A DNA stretch of 64,000 nt from Actinomycetota bacterium (GTDB lineage: Bacteria > Actinomycetota > Acidimicrobiia > Acidimicrobiales > Ilumatobacteraceae). The DNA is taken from assembly GCA_027592925.1 (NCBI GenBank), contig JAQCJO010000002.1, positions 5,617 through 69,616 of the forward strand, read 5' to 3'. Under the pieces are notes generated by a model. The model did no database searches. It saw only the letters and a list, made by a program, of their open reading frames with translations, and was not told the origin of the DNA. Numbering within the stretch: position 1 is the stretch's first letter; the number at the start of each line of letters is the position of its first letter. Below are positions 18,671 through 29,271 of this stretch, piece after piece. Position numbers and translations under genes: made by a program.

Positions 18671-20259
18671 CTTTTACTTCCGACACCGACTGGGGCGCGT
18701 TTGACCAAGACCCACCCTGGGTTCTGCAACTCGACAACATCAAGTGGCAAAAAACAGCAGTTGCTTTGCGCGCAGCCGCTCAGCGCGAAGTGCCAGTGCT
18801 CACGAAACCAACCAAGATTCCGCCTGTCGCCAGATTGATCACTGTTGTGTTTGTTCTCAGCAAGGCTTTGTTGCCTTGGTTTATCAAGAAAAAGCGAAAG
18901 AAGTTTGACACCCCTGAAGCATCACGCGCATTTATTTCTTTGCGCATGCGTAAGGCCGTTGAGGAACTTGGCTCTACCTACATCAAGCTTGGTCAGATCA
19001 TTTCAAGCGGTGAAGGATTGTTCCCAGTCGAACTCGTCAACGAATTTAAACTTTGTCGCGATCAAGTTCCACCATTTTCATTTGAAGAGGCACAGCGTGT
19101 AGTCGAACAAGATCTTGGAGCCCGCCTCACCGATGTTTTCAGCACATTTGCAACCACCCCACTCGCCGCTGCATCAATTGCTCAGGTTCACTTGGCCACG
19201 TTGATCACCGGTGAGGAAGTAGTTGTCAAAGTACAAAGACCAACCGTTTCGGCACTCGTGCGTAAAGATTTGCGAGTCATGGCGTGGCTTGCTCCCCACA
19301 TGATCGGACGCATCAAGATCAGTGCACTTGCTAACCCACCTGCATTGGTAGAACTTTTTGCTGAGACGATTGTCGAAGAACTCGACTTTCGCATCGAAGC
19401 CGACAACATGCTTGATGTTGCCAAGATGCTGCACGAGTTGCATCAAGACGGATACATCGTGCCGCGTCCACATCCGAGCCTCGTCGCTCGGCGTGTGCTC
19501 GTGATGCAACGTCTTGAAGGATTCAAGTTTGATGACGTGATTGGTATGCAGGATGCGGGTATTGACACGGTAAAAGTCATCCGCACAGGAATGATCGCAT
19601 TTATGGAAGGCGCGATGATTCATGGCGTCTTCCACGGTGACTTGCACGGTGGCAATTTGTTTGTAATGAAAGATGGCCGCACTGCGTTACTTGACTTCGG
19701 CATCGTCGGTCGCCTCACCGGCTCACGTCGCATGGCATTTTTGCGACTCATGCTCAATGCAACAACCAACAATGTTGTTGGACAGATTGAGGCATTGCGC
19801 GACTTGGGTGCTCTGCCCCTCGACACCGACATTCAGGCTGTGATCAAAGATCTCAATCTGGATCAGCCAGTTGTCGACCCAACCACACTGTCTGGTGAAG
19901 AACTCGTCAACGAAGTGCAACGAATTGTCAAAGCGATGATGGGCTACGGCGCACGCATGCCAAAAGAACTCATGTTGTATGTGAAAAACATGGTGTTTCT
20001 GGATGGCGCAATTGCACGCTTGGCACCCGACCTCGACATCATCCAAGAGGTCACTGCAATCTCGATGCTGTTTGCAGAGCGCCACGGCGAGCGCCTTGGA
20101 CGCGAACTCGGCATCGATCATTTGGCTGTCGAAATCAATATGGACAGCATTAAGGCAGGTCTTGGCGTCGAGACTTCGGTCGACACATTGACATACCGAG
20201 ATTTGCAAGCGCGTCGCAACTTGATCCAAAAGAGAATGCGCGAACACGTCGGTCGTTGA
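18664..20259 (+). CDS. ABC1/UbiB-family atypical protein kinase
   Basis: Contains [19 protein letters not shown] and [10 protein letters not shown] set the start to GTG GTG (18664/18667), which overlaps the cysQ stop, rather than the longer in-frame extension from 18586. Confidence 0.85.
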   Translation: MVTFTSDTDWGAFDQDPPWVLQLDNIKWQKTAVALRAAAQREVPVLTKPTKIPPVARLITVVFVLSKALLPWFIKKKRKKFDTPEASRAFISLRMRKAVEELGSTYIKLGQIISSGEGLFPVELVNEFKLCRDQVPPFSFEEAQRVVEQDLGARLTDVFSTFATTPLAAASIAQVHLATLITGEEVVVKVQRPTVSALVRKDLRVMAWLAPHMIGRIKISALANPPALVELFAETIVEELDFRIEADNMLDVAKMLHELHQDGYIVPRPHPSLVARRVLVMQRLEGFKFDDVIGMQDAGIDTVKVIRTGMIAFMEGAMIHGVFHGDLHGGNLFVMKDGRTALLDFGIVGRLTGSRRMAFLRLMLNATTNNVVGQIEALRDLGALPLDTDIQAVIKDLNLDQPVVDPTTLSGEELVNEVQRIVKAMMGYGARMPKELMLYVKNMVFLDGAIARLAPDLDIIQEVTAISMLFAERHGERLGRELGIDHLAVEINMDSIKAGLGVETSVDTLTYRDLQARRNLIQKRMREHVGR

Positions 20260-20275
20260 TCTAGTTTCTACACGC

Positions 20276-20935
20276 ATGAGACTTGTAGTTGCCCGCTGCA
20301 GCGTCGTGTACGAGGGCCGGCTCGATGCATCGCTCCCTGAAGCGAACCGACTGTTGATGCGCAAAGCCGATGGATGCATCGCGATTCATGCTGATGGCGG
20401 CGCATACAAACCACTCAACTGGATGAATGCGCCAAACACTGTTGTTGAGCACGACGACAAGTGGGTTGTCACTAATCCAAAAGGTGAAACATTGACCATC
20501 TATCTACATGAAGTGTTTAGCGACTCGTCACACGAATTAGGCGAAGACCCTGGCCTCACCAAAGACGGAGTCGAAGCACACCTGCAAGAGCTACTTGCTG
20601 ACCTCCCCGAGTCGATCGAGCCTGGGCTGACGCTCATTCGCCGCGAATACCCAACGGCGGTTGGCCCTGTTGATTTATTGTGCCGTGACGCATCAGGTCA
20701 AACAGTTGCAGTCGAGATCAAGCGCCGTGGCGAGATTGATGGTGTCGAACAGCTCACTCGCTACATCGACTGCCTGCATGCCGATACGTCACTCGGAAAC
20801 ATTCGTGGCATCTTTGTCGCTCAATCAATCAAGCCTCAGGCTCGTGTACTTGCCGAAAGCCGCGGCATGGGTTGGTGTGAGGTCGACTACGACGAATTGC
20901 GTGGCAAGCGAACCGACGAGCTGCGACTTTTTTAA
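20276..20935 (+). CDS. nucS: endonuclease NucS (EndoMS, non-canonical mismatch repair)
   Basis: N-terminal [16 protein letters not shown] and the RecB-like core [31 protein letters not shown]. Confidence 0.93.
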   Translation: MRLVVARCSVVYEGRLDASLPEANRLLMRKADGCIAIHADGGAYKPLNWMNAPNTVVEHDDKWVVTNPKGETLTIYLHEVFSDSSHELGEDPGLTKDGVEAHLQELLADLPESIEPGLTLIRREYPTAVGPVDLLCRDASGQTVAVEIKRRGEIDGVEQLTRYIDCLHADTSLGNIRGIFVAQSIKPQARVLAESRGMGWCEVDYDELRGKRTDELRLF

Positions 20936-20955
20936 TTCATTGAGGCGAAGTCGGG

Positions 20956-21882
20956 TTATTTATTCGGTTGTGGTTGTGGCCACGATCCGTCTCTGCCGTC
21001 CATGCCGGCATTGAGACGAGCCTTGATCATCAGTTCTTCAACAATTGGGCCAAGCATTGCAGCATCGTCAACTGGTTCGTGAGTTGGGCCGCGATGCCAT
21101 CCTTCGGCAATTGCCAACACTCGACCACTCGCTTCAAACACACGACCCGTGATTGCCTTTGATTCTTCTGAAGCAAGCCACGTCACAATCGGTGCAATCC
21201 AACGAGGCGAACCGAGTTCGCGTTCTTCGTCAGTTGGAGGAGTTGGCGAAAGATTTTCGGTCATGCGCGTGAGCGCAACCGGTGCAACTGCGTTGACTGT
21301 GACGCCGTAGCGAGCAAGTTCGAGCGACGCAATAGTTGTAAACGCAGCGATACCGGCTTTTGCGGCTCCGTAGTTTGTTTGACCAACGTTGCCATAAATA
21401 CCCGACACCGACGAAGTGTTGATGATGCGACCATCAACTGGTTTTCCAGCCTTGCTTTGATCACGCCAATATGCAGCGGCAAAACGCGATGGTGCAAACG
21501 TGCCCTTGAGGTGCACTTTGATGACCGCGTCCCATTCTTCTTCCGACATGTTGGCCATCATGCGGTCGCGCAAGATTCCAGCGTTATTAACAACCGCATG
21601 AAGATCGCCAAACGTGTCGACTGCTGTCTGGATCAGACGCTCTGCGCCAGCCCAAGATGAAATGTCGTCGCCATTGGCAACAGCACGACCACCCATGGCC
21701 TCAATCTCATTGACAACACTTTGTGCTGGCGAAATATCGCCAGCCGAGCCATCAACACCGCCGCCCAAGTCGTTAACAACGACCAGTGCGCCGTGCTTGG
21801 CAAGACTCAAAGCATGTTCGCGACCAATACCTCGTCCCGAACCAGTGACAACAACTACTCGACCTTCACATAAGCGGCTCAT
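20956..21882 (-). CDS. SDR-family oxidoreductase (Rv0148-like, with C-terminal extension)
   Basis: Starts MSRLCEGRVVVVTGSGRGIGRE (TGxxxGxG) and carries the YGAAKAG catalytic motif. The 432-aa track ORF was trimmed to this ATG; the upstream part is antisense to the next gene. Confidence 0.85.
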   Translation of the reverse strand: MSRLCEGRVVVVTGSGRGIGREHALSLAKHGALVVVNDLGGGVDGSAGDISPAQSVVNEIEAMGGRAVANGDDISSWAGAERLIQTAVDTFGDLHAVVNNAGILRDRMMANMSEEEWDAVIKVHLKGTFAPSRFAAAYWRDQSKAGKPVDGRIINTSSVSGIYGNVGQTNYGAAKAGIAAFTTIASLELARYGVTVNAVAPVALTRMTENLSPTPPTDEERELGSPRWIAPIVTWLASEESKAITGRVFEASGRVLAIAEGWHRGPTHEPVDDAAMLGPIVEELMIKARLNAGMDGRDGSWPQPQPNK

Positions 21883-21907
21883 GGGCAACGACTCTAGTCT
21901 GAATACC

Positions 21908-23185
21908 GTGTCTTTTACCAAGTCGAACAACAGTGCTACCGATTTCGCGTGCGATGTTCTTGTTGTCGGAGCAGGGCCAAGCGGTATTGCTGCGGCGCTC
22001 ACATTACGTGCCAACAATTTCGACGTAATAGTTATTGATAAGGCGTTTTTTCCGCGCGACAAGTGTTGCGGTGATGGTTTAACCACTGGTGCTCTTCGCA
22101 TTTTGGACGAACTTGGTTTTGATCCCCAAACTGTGCCCAATTGGACAGTGTGCAGCGACGTATGGTTGCGCTCACCGAGTGGTACCGAAATGCAGTTTTC
22201 ACTTCCCACACGCGGCCAGTTTGCCGCAATCGCACCACGAATTGAACTTGACAATGCCCTGGTGCAGTTAGCCCGTTCACAAGGTATTCAAGTGCTCGAG
22301 GGCCACGAATTTGTTTCCGTTCGCGAACAAACCACAGATCAGATCACGATCAATATCAGCAGTGATGATAATAGTGATAAAAATGAAACTATCCGATCAA
22401 AATTTTTGATTGCGTCGGATGGTATGTGGTCGCCAGTGCGCAAATCACTCGGCATGTCAACACCCGGGTACCTCGGCGAATGGCACGCGTTTCGTCAATA
22501 CGCCAACAACGTGACAGGCTCTGCAAAAGACCGCTTGCATGTGTGGTTTGAAAAAGACTTGTTGCCTGGCTATGCGTGGTCGTTTCCGCTGCAAGATGGT
22601 CGTGTCAACATCGGATTCGGAATCTTGCGTGGTGGCAAGTACTCGGTGCAACAAATGAAAGACCTCTGGCCAAATTTATTGGCTCGCAAACATATTGCTG
22701 GTGCACTTGGCTCAGGCGTCGTCATGGAAGATCGACACACTGCATGGCCTATTCCTGCACGCGTCACGTCCGCTCCGCTTTCAAGTGGCCGCGTGCTGTT
22801 TATTGGTGACGCCGCATGTGTCACCGACTCACTCACCGGTGAAGGTATCGGCCAGGCACTGCTTTCTGGACAACTGAGTGCGCGGGCAATTATCGCAGGC
22901 ATCAGCCGCGAAGCATCGGTCACTCGAAATAAGTATGAGCAACTTGTCAAGCAGAACTTCTTTGCAGATCACCGGATGTCAGCAACTCTTGGAACAATTT
23001 TAAAATCGTCTCTCGGTGCTCGAGCAGCACTACGTGTTGCCAACCTCACTCCATGGACGAGGGCAAACTTTGTGCGCTGGATGTTTGAAGATGAGCCACG
23101 GGCTGCCGTTTTCACTCCGTCTCGATGGCATCGCAATTTTTTGCGTCGTGACGGCGCTTATGTAACTCAAGATCAAACCAAGTAA
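21908..23185 (+). CDS. geranylgeranyl-reductase-family FAD-dependent oxidoreductase
   Basis: Contains DVLVVGAGPSGIAAA, KCCGDGLT and IGDAACVTDSLTGEGI. The start is uncertain: GTG 21908 is used here, while ATG 21881 would overlap the divergent SDR start by 2 nt. Confidence 0.8.
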   Translation: MSFTKSNNSATDFACDVLVVGAGPSGIAAALTLRANNFDVIVIDKAFFPRDKCCGDGLTTGALRILDELGFDPQTVPNWTVCSDVWLRSPSGTEMQFSLPTRGQFAAIAPRIELDNALVQLARSQGIQVLEGHEFVSVREQTTDQITINISSDDNSDKNETIRSKFLIASDGMWSPVRKSLGMSTPGYLGEWHAFRQYANNVTGSAKDRLHVWFEKDLLPGYAWSFPLQDGRVNIGFGILRGGKYSVQQMKDLWPNLLARKHIAGALGSGVVMEDRHTAWPIPARVTSAPLSSGRVLFIGDAACVTDSLTGEGIGQALLSGQLSARAIIAGISREASVTRNKYEQLVKQNFFADHRMSATLGTILKSSLGARAALRVANLTPWTRANFVRWMFEDEPRAAVFTPSRWHRNFLRRDGAYVTQDQTK

Positions 23186-23195
23186 GTTGGAACGC

Positions 23196-24152
23196 ATGCG
23201 TACCCGACTGACCGAACTTCTCGACATCGAATTCCCCGTCATGCTTGCAGGTATGGGCGGTGTGAGTTACCACCAACTCGTTGCAGCAGTTTCGGAGGCT
23301 GGTGGTCTTGGCACATTGGGTGCGAGCACCATGCAAGATGGCGAATTGGCTCGTGAAATTGAAGGTGTAAAAAATCTGACCCAAAAACCATTTGGTGTCG
23401 ATTTGCTGACCGCGCTTCCACACACACTCGAACGCGACGTTGACCTGATTATCAAAAGTGGAGCCCGTGTTTTTGTTGCAGGCCTCGGAGTACCACGTGA
23501 CATCATTGAACGACTGCACAGCCACGGCGTAATCGTCGGATCAATGTGCGGAAAAGTTCGCCACGCAGTTGCTGCTGTTGAAAGTGGTTGTGACTTTGTG
23601 GTTGCTCAAGGCACCGAAGCTGGTGGCCACACAGGCACTGTTGCAACGATCGCGCTCGTTCCTCAGGTGGTTGACGCAGTCGGCAAAAAAGTTGTGGTAG
23701 TTGCCGCAGGTGGTTTATACGACGGCCGCGGTCTCGCTGCATCATTAGCCCTTGGTGCCGACGGGGTGTGGATCGGCACACGCTTTATTGCAACGCCAGA
23801 AGCTCGCGCAGTGGACGGCTACAAAGAAAAACTTCTTACCACGGGCGAAGACGGCACTGTCATCACGCGCAGTTACACAGGCAAGACTTGTCGTGTCGTG
23901 CGCAATGAGTGGACAAACGATTTCGATACGCACGCCGAGACGCTCCTGCCATTTCCACAACAAGCGATCGCTTCAATGAAGGCAGGAGTCAATCACTTGG
24001 GTTACCCAGTTGGCACAAAAGTCGACGTTGAGCGCGAGTTCATGCCGGCCGGGCAAGGCGTTGGCGCAATTAACGAACTTGTTGCTGCAGGAGACTTGGT
24101 GCGCAGCATGGTACGTGAAGCGCAAGAAACACTTGAACGTCTTACTCGCTAA
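23196..24152 (+). CDS. NAD(P)H-dependent flavin oxidoreductase / nitronate monooxygenase family
   Basis: Starts MRTRLTELLDIEFPVMLAGMGGVS and contains VVAQGTEAGGHTG. Confidence 0.85.
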   Translation: MRTRLTELLDIEFPVMLAGMGGVSYHQLVAAVSEAGGLGTLGASTMQDGELAREIEGVKNLTQKPFGVDLLTALPHTLERDVDLIIKSGARVFVAGLGVPRDIIERLHSHGVIVGSMCGKVRHAVAAVESGCDFVVAQGTEAGGHTGTVATIALVPQVVDAVGKKVVVVAAGGLYDGRGLAASLALGADGVWIGTRFIATPEARAVDGYKEKLLTTGEDGTVITRSYTGKTCRVVRNEWTNDFDTHAETLLPFPQQAIASMKAGVNHLGYPVGTKVDVEREFMPAGQGVGAINELVAAGDLVRSMVREAQETLERLTR

Positions 24153-25386
24153 CAAAGATGTTCGCAGGCTGTTTGTAGCCGACAACATCTCGATTATTGG
24201 CGACTACTTCAGCTATGTCGCACTTGCTGGCATGGTCAAGGAAGTAACAGACTCCAATTTTCTCGTTGCTCTCGTCTACGTGGCTTTCACACTTCCCTCT
24301 TTCTTTACAACACCTTTTGGTGGACCAACAGTTGACAAGTTTGATCGCAAAAAAATCATCGTTTTTATTTCTCTTGCCCAGGCATTGTGTGCAGTTGGGT
24401 TCTTGTTCGCTTCAAACTCACGAATCTGGATTGCGTTTGCTGCCCAAATCGGTATCACTTGTCTTTCGTCGTTCATCATGCCGGCGTTTGGCGCCGCGCT
24501 TCCCAACCTGACGCGCAGCGATGACGAGTTGCGCCAAGCCAATGCGTTGTTTGGCTCGAGTTGGGGCGCGATGGTCTTCATCGGTGCTGCTGCTGGTGGA
24601 TTCTTTTCTCAAGCCTTTGGTCGCACAGCAACATTCACTGCCGACATTGCCACATTTCTCGTCTGTGCCGGCCTTGTCTCATTGATCAAGACCCCGATGC
24701 AACAGCAACGCACAACCGAACATCGATCACGAATGCGCCCATTTGCCGACATGAAAGAAGCAATCCATTACGCCAAAAGTGATCACACGATTCTTGCGCT
24801 CCTCTCGTCAAAAACCATGTTTGCATTTGGTGCAGGAACGGTCAGCCAACTTTCTGTGCTCGCTATCGACGTATTCAATAAGGGCGACGGCGGCAGCGGC
24901 ATGCTTCTTGCAGCGCGCGGCTTCGGAGCATCAATTGGCCCGTTTCTCATCATGCGCTTTGTGCGCAACAACATGCCTCGCCTGCTCAAGGTCTGCGGCA
25001 CGGCGGGCATTGCGTACGCAGTCCTCTACGTTGCAACAGCAGCGAGCCCAAATATTTGGATTGCATGTTTGTGCGTGATGGGTGCGCACTTGGGTGGTGG
25101 CGCGCAGTGGACACTGTCAACCTACGGTCTACAAGTACGTGTACCCGACCACATTCTTGGCCGAGTGCTTGCAGGCGATATGGCTATAGCGATCTTGGTG
25201 ATGGGCACAAGTAGTTTTGCGGCCGGAATTCTCGGCGAGTTACTTCCGATTCGCATTGCAATCGCCGTTATCGGTGCGACTTCTGGAGTAACAGCAATTG
25301 TATTTCTACTTGCAACAATGGGGATCAGAAAGCGTCTGCGCAGCGAGATGCAGCAGCAATCAGACTCGACGCGCGCGTATCTGTAA
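24133..25386 (+). CDS. MFS transporter
   Basis: Many hydrophobic segments. The N-terminus NKDVRRLFVADNISIIGDYF is typical of the EntS/MFS_3-like group. The TTG 24133 start is inferred, and the longer track ORF overlaps the preceding gene. Confidence 0.78.
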   Translation: MNVLLANKDVRRLFVADNISIIGDYFSYVALAGMVKEVTDSNFLVALVYVAFTLPSFFTTPFGGPTVDKFDRKKIIVFISLAQALCAVGFLFASNSRIWIAFAAQIGITCLSSFIMPAFGAALPNLTRSDDELRQANALFGSSWGAMVFIGAAAGGFFSQAFGRTATFTADIATFLVCAGLVSLIKTPMQQQRTTEHRSRMRPFADMKEAIHYAKSDHTILALLSSKTMFAFGAGTVSQLSVLAIDVFNKGDGGSGMLLAARGFGASIGPFLIMRFVRNNMPRLLKVCGTAGIAYAVLYVATAASPNIWIACLCVMGAHLGGGAQWTLSTYGLQVRVPDHILGRVLAGDMAIAILVMGTSSFAAGILGELLPIRIAIAVIGATSGVTAIVFLLATMGIRKRLRSEMQQQSDSTRAYL

Positions 25387-26515
25387 AGAGATACGAACCC
25401 ATTCGGTTCATCACGTAGCTAAACGCAAAATTTCGCACAGGGTCTCCAAAGCTGATTGAGCCACCAGCACCCGAGTGACCAAATGATTGTGGTCCGCTCA
25501 GTGGCATCAATGCAGTTGGCGTCATGTACCCCATACCAAAATTTGTCTGACGCATCAGACACAGATCAATCTCATCAGGTCGAGTAATTGGCGCACTTGC
25601 GCGTTGCATCATTGCTTCCGAAATCAACCGGACCTTACCGTTTGCTCCGTCTACTTCGCCGATTGTTGCGGCATACATGCGTGCGAGCGAAGGTGCATTA
25701 CTGATGCCATTGGCAGCAGGAATTTCGGCGGCGTGCATATCGCGTCGATTGAATCCACCTTTCACGATAAATGCCCCATTGAGCGTGAGGGCTTTTCCGA
25801 GCGCGGTGTCTGGACCAAACGGAACAACCGGTGCAGGCTGCCTATCGATTTGGATTTCAGGCCAAACTTTTGTCCAACCATTTTTCAGTGGTGAGACTCG
25901 ATGCTCGTGTTGCTCAGGCAAGCCAACATAAATTTCAATGCCCAGTGGGTTGGCAATTTCTTCTTCAATAAAGCGACCAATGTTGCGACCATCCACCCTG
26001 CGCACAAGTTCTCCTGCCAACCAGCCAAACGTGATGGCGTGATAGCCGTGGGTTGATCCGACAGGAAAAATTGGCGCTGTATCGGCAAGGCGTTGCGTGA
26101 TCGTGTTCCAGTCCAAAGCGTCTTCAAATGCAATGGTTCCATCGATCGTGTACAACCCGGCTTGATGCGAGAGCATTTGCGCCACCGTGATCTTCTCTTT
26201 GCCTTTGGCGGCAAACTCTGGCCAATACAACGCCACTGGTTCGTCGTAACTCAAGAGTCCTCGCTCGACACAAATGGCTACCGCTGTTGCAACAACACCT
26301 TTTGTGGTGCTGAACACAAGTTGCAACGTGTCGCGTGCGTACGGAATCGTCGCGGAGTTCTCAAAAAATCCACCAATTAAGTCAACTACTGGTTGACCAT
26401 GGTGAATTATGCATAGGCCGGCCCCGATGTCTTCTTTGGTTTCGATATTCGTCACAAATTGATCGTGCACTGCCTCCCAACCAGGGGCGACAAAACCAGT
26501 AACGAGTTCAGACAC
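25325..26515 (-). CDS. serine hydrolase, beta-lactamase/esterase (class C-like) family
   Basis: S-x-x-K motif FSTTKGV and a later HSGAGGS box. The 3' end overlaps the MFS gene convergently by 62 nt. Confidence 0.85.
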   Translation of the reverse strand: MSELVTGFVAPGWEAVHDQFVTNIETKEDIGAGLCIIHHGQPVVDLIGGFFENSATIPYARDTLQLVFSTTKGVVATAVAICVERGLLSYDEPVALYWPEFAAKGKEKITVAQMLSHQAGLYTIDGTIAFEDALDWNTITQRLADTAPIFPVGSTHGYHAITFGWLAGELVRRVDGRNIGRFIEEEIANPLGIEIYVGLPEQHEHRVSPLKNGWTKVWPEIQIDRQPAPVVPFGPDTALGKALTLNGAFIVKGGFNRRDMHAAEIPAANGISNAPSLARMYAATIGEVDGANGKVRLISEAMMQRASAPITRPDEIDLCLMRQTNFGMGYMTPTALMPLSGPQSFGHSGAGGSISFGDPVRNFAFSYVMNRMGSYLFTDTRASSLIAAASRCADAF

Positions 26516-26544
26516 GATGAAGGCTAATTGAAGCGTTCGTCGAC

Positions 26545-27600
26545 TTAAATTTCGTCCATCAATGTGCGCAACAACTCAACTTGTTGCACTGCATCTGGAC
26601 CAATTGGATTAACAGAAATAACCGTGACTCCTGCTTCCTTGAATGCGGAAAGGCGTTCTTTAATGAAACTCTTCGGGCCAACAAGATGCGAATTGAGCAA
26701 CCAGTCAGCCGGAACTTTTGCTGCGGCTTCTTGTTTTTTGCCATCCAAGTACAAATCTTGAATCTCGACGGCTTCTTGTTCGTAACCGTATGACTTGCAG
26801 ATGTCGTTATAAAAGTTTTTGCCGCGAGCACCCATGCCACCCACATAAAGCGCGGTTGATGGTCGTGCAAAGTCCAAAACTTTTTGCTGGTCCTCTCCAG
26901 TGAGCGACTCGTCGATTGCGAGCATGCCGCCTGCAGAGATGTCCATGCGACCACGTGATGGGTCGCGTTTTGCAGTGCCAGCCTTGAGCGCATCTCCCCA
27001 TACATTCTGAAATTTTTCTGGATAGAAAAATATCGGCATCCAACCGTCAGCAATCTCTGCGGTTGCTTCAACACTCTTGCCCATCAATGACGCCCACCAA
27101 ATTGGAATCTCGTTGCGAACTGGATGATTAATCAGTTTGAGTGCTTTGCCCAACCCTGTGCCCTGACCCTGTGGAAGCGGAACTTCTACAGTCTTACCTT
27201 GATACGACAATGGCTTTTCGCGCTTCCACACTTCGCGACAAATGTCGATGTATTCCTTAGTGCGCTGCAACGGTTTTTCATACGGCACGCCGTGAAAACC
27301 TTCAATCACCTGTGCGCCTGATGCGCCAAGACCAAGAATGAATCTTCCGTTGCTGACATAGTCGCAACCGGCAGCAGTCATTGCAACAAGCGCAGGAGTG
27401 CGCGAATACACGTTGATGATGCCAGTGCCGATCTGCAACTTGTTGGTGACTGCAGCGAGATAACCGATTTGTGAAATCGCGTCGTACGAATACGCCTCGG
27501 CAACCCACACCATGTCGAGACCTACTTTTTCAAGCTCGACAACTTGCTTGGCCGACGACTGAAAGTCAGAAATGTAATTGATCATCATCGAAAGTTTCAT
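26545..27600 (-). CDS. LLM-class (luciferase-like) probable F420-dependent oxidoreductase
   Basis: Luciferase-like TIM-barrel pattern LEKVGLDMVWVAEAYSYDAISQ...GLGASGAQVIEGFHG. Confidence 0.82.
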   Translation of the reverse strand: MKLSMMINYISDFQSSAKQVVELEKVGLDMVWVAEAYSYDAISQIGYLAAVTNKLQIGTGIINVYSRTPALVAMTAAGCDYVSNGRFILGLGASGAQVIEGFHGVPYEKPLQRTKEYIDICREVWKREKPLSYQGKTVEVPLPQGQGTGLGKALKLINHPVRNEIPIWWASLMGKSVEATAEIADGWMPIFFYPEKFQNVWGDALKAGTAKRDPSRGRMDISAGGMLAIDESLTGEDQQKVLDFARPSTALYVGGMGARGKNFYNDICKSYGYEQEAVEIQDLYLDGKKQEAAAKVPADWLLNSHLVGPKSFIKERLSAFKEAGVTVISVNPIGPDAVQQVELLRTLMDEI

Positions 27601-27621
27601 GACGATGAGACTAGATGAGAC

Positions 27622-29196
27622 TTAGTTGACTTTGCGAGTTCGACCTTCCCAGTACGGGGCGCGCAAGTCCTTCTTCAGAATTTTGCCGCTTGGGTTGCGA
27701 GGAAGAGCATCAATCCAAGAGACAGACTTAGGGCACTTAAACCCAGCCAAACGCTCTTTGGCGAATGCGACGATCTCATCTTCGGTGACCGCCACGTCGG
27801 CCTTGCGCACCACGAGCGCCATTGGCACTTCGCCCCACTTTTCGTCGGGCACACCAATGACCGCCACGTCGGCAATTGCCGGGTGACCTATGAGCGCATT
27901 TTCCACTTCGGCTGGGTAGACATTTTCGCCACCAGTGACGATCATGTCTTTGACCCGATCGTAAATGAACACGTAACCATCTTCGTCTTGATACGCGGCG
28001 TCGCCAGTTTTGAACCAACCTTCTGGGTTGATCGACTTGGCGGTTTCTTCAGGCATGTTCCAGTAACCCAACATGACTTGACCACCCTTCACCCAAATCT
28101 CGCCCACTTCGCCAACGGGCACATCGTTGCCGGTGTCGGAGTCGACAACACGCAGTTGCATGCCGGGCACAATCTTTCCGCACGAGCGCAACAACTTTTT
28201 CTTTGGCCCTTCAAGATCGTGATCCTCTGGCATAAGAATGGTGGTTGCTCCTGTGGTTTCGGTAAGGCCATACACCTGCATGAAGTTGGTCTTAAATGTT
28301 TTGATTGACGCAGTAAGTACTTCTTCCGAGATTGGTGAAGCACCATACGCAATGAGTTCAAGACTCGAGTAGTCGGCCTTGTCGACATCTGGCACCATCT
28401 GCATGAACTGCAACATCACTGGCACCACAAATCCGTGCGTGATGCGATGCTTGCCGATGAGTGTCACTATTTCGGCTGGATTGAAGTCGCGAATAATGAT
28501 CGACTTGCAGCCAAGGGCCATACCCGCGGTTGCCCATCCGCCACCACCAATATGGAAGAGGGGCATTGCAACGAGGTTGACCGTGCGGTCGCTGAACTTC
28601 CAGATCTCTGCTGCAAATGGAATGAGCGCAAAAAAGTTGTTGTTGGTGAGCATGACTCCTTTTGGCCGGCCCGTTGTGCCGCTTGAGTACAACTGAAATG
28701 CCACATCACCCGGTGCAGACTCAATACCTAAATCAGTCGAGGCGCTGCTTGCCGAGAAGTCAGCAAACGATGGGTACTTGCTGTGGCCACCAATTACGAC
28801 AATTGTCTTGACGTTGACAAGATCACCAGCAATTGCATCAAGCACCGGAACAAAATCAGGACCAACGATGAGCACCTTGGCAGCCGAATCGTTGGTAATG
28901 AATGCCACCTCTGGTGGTGCAAGTCGCCAGTTGATATCCACGCTGACGGCATTGAGCAAACCGCAAGCAAAGAAAACTTCGAAGTGTTCAATGCCATTCT
29001 TGTCTAGAAATGCAACTCGATCTTGTGGGCCAACGCCGGCAGCCTTCAATGCGTTTGCAACCCTGCAAGAGCTCTCATACAACTGCCCCCATGTTTGGGT
29101 TTTGTCGCCTTGCACGAGGGCAACTTTGGTGGGCTGTGATGCTGCGTGCGTGCGGACGATGCCCGCAATGTTGTTGATTTCGATTGTCATGGTCAA
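27622..29196 (-). CDS. acyl-CoA synthetase / long-chain fatty acid-CoA ligase (AMP-binding family)
   Basis: Contains YSSGTTGRPKGV, FKTGDAAYQDEDGYVFIYDRVKD and PRNPSGKILK. Confidence 0.9.
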   Translation of the reverse strand: MTMTIEINNIAGIVRTHAASQPTKVALVQGDKTQTWGQLYESSCRVANALKAAGVGPQDRVAFLDKNGIEHFEVFFACGLLNAVSVDINWRLAPPEVAFITNDSAAKVLIVGPDFVPVLDAIAGDLVNVKTIVVIGGHSKYPSFADFSASSASTDLGIESAPGDVAFQLYSSGTTGRPKGVMLTNNNFFALIPFAAEIWKFSDRTVNLVAMPLFHIGGGGWATAGMALGCKSIIIRDFNPAEIVTLIGKHRITHGFVVPVMLQFMQMVPDVDKADYSSLELIAYGASPISEEVLTASIKTFKTNFMQVYGLTETTGATTILMPEDHDLEGPKKKLLRSCGKIVPGMQLRVVDSDTGNDVPVGEVGEIWVKGGQVMLGYWNMPEETAKSINPEGWFKTGDAAYQDEDGYVFIYDRVKDMIVTGGENVYPAEVENALIGHPAIADVAVIGVPDEKWGEVPMALVVRKADVAVTEDEIVAFAKERLAGFKCPKSVSWIDALPRNPSGKILKKDLRAPYWEGRTRKVN

Positions 29197-29271
29197 AAAC
29201 TAGCAATTTTGCCGACAAACCTCAAATTGGTACAACCCCTATAATATATTTGGTCCTGGAGTAAAAACTTT

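Noticed and set aside
27601-27625. Short tandem duplication ATGAGACTAG / ATGAGACTTAG between the LLM oxidoreductase start and the acyl-CoA ligase stop.
   Set aside because: There are only two 10-11 nt units within a 21-nt intergenic spacer, with no further copies seen. This is too small to interpret as a repeat element.
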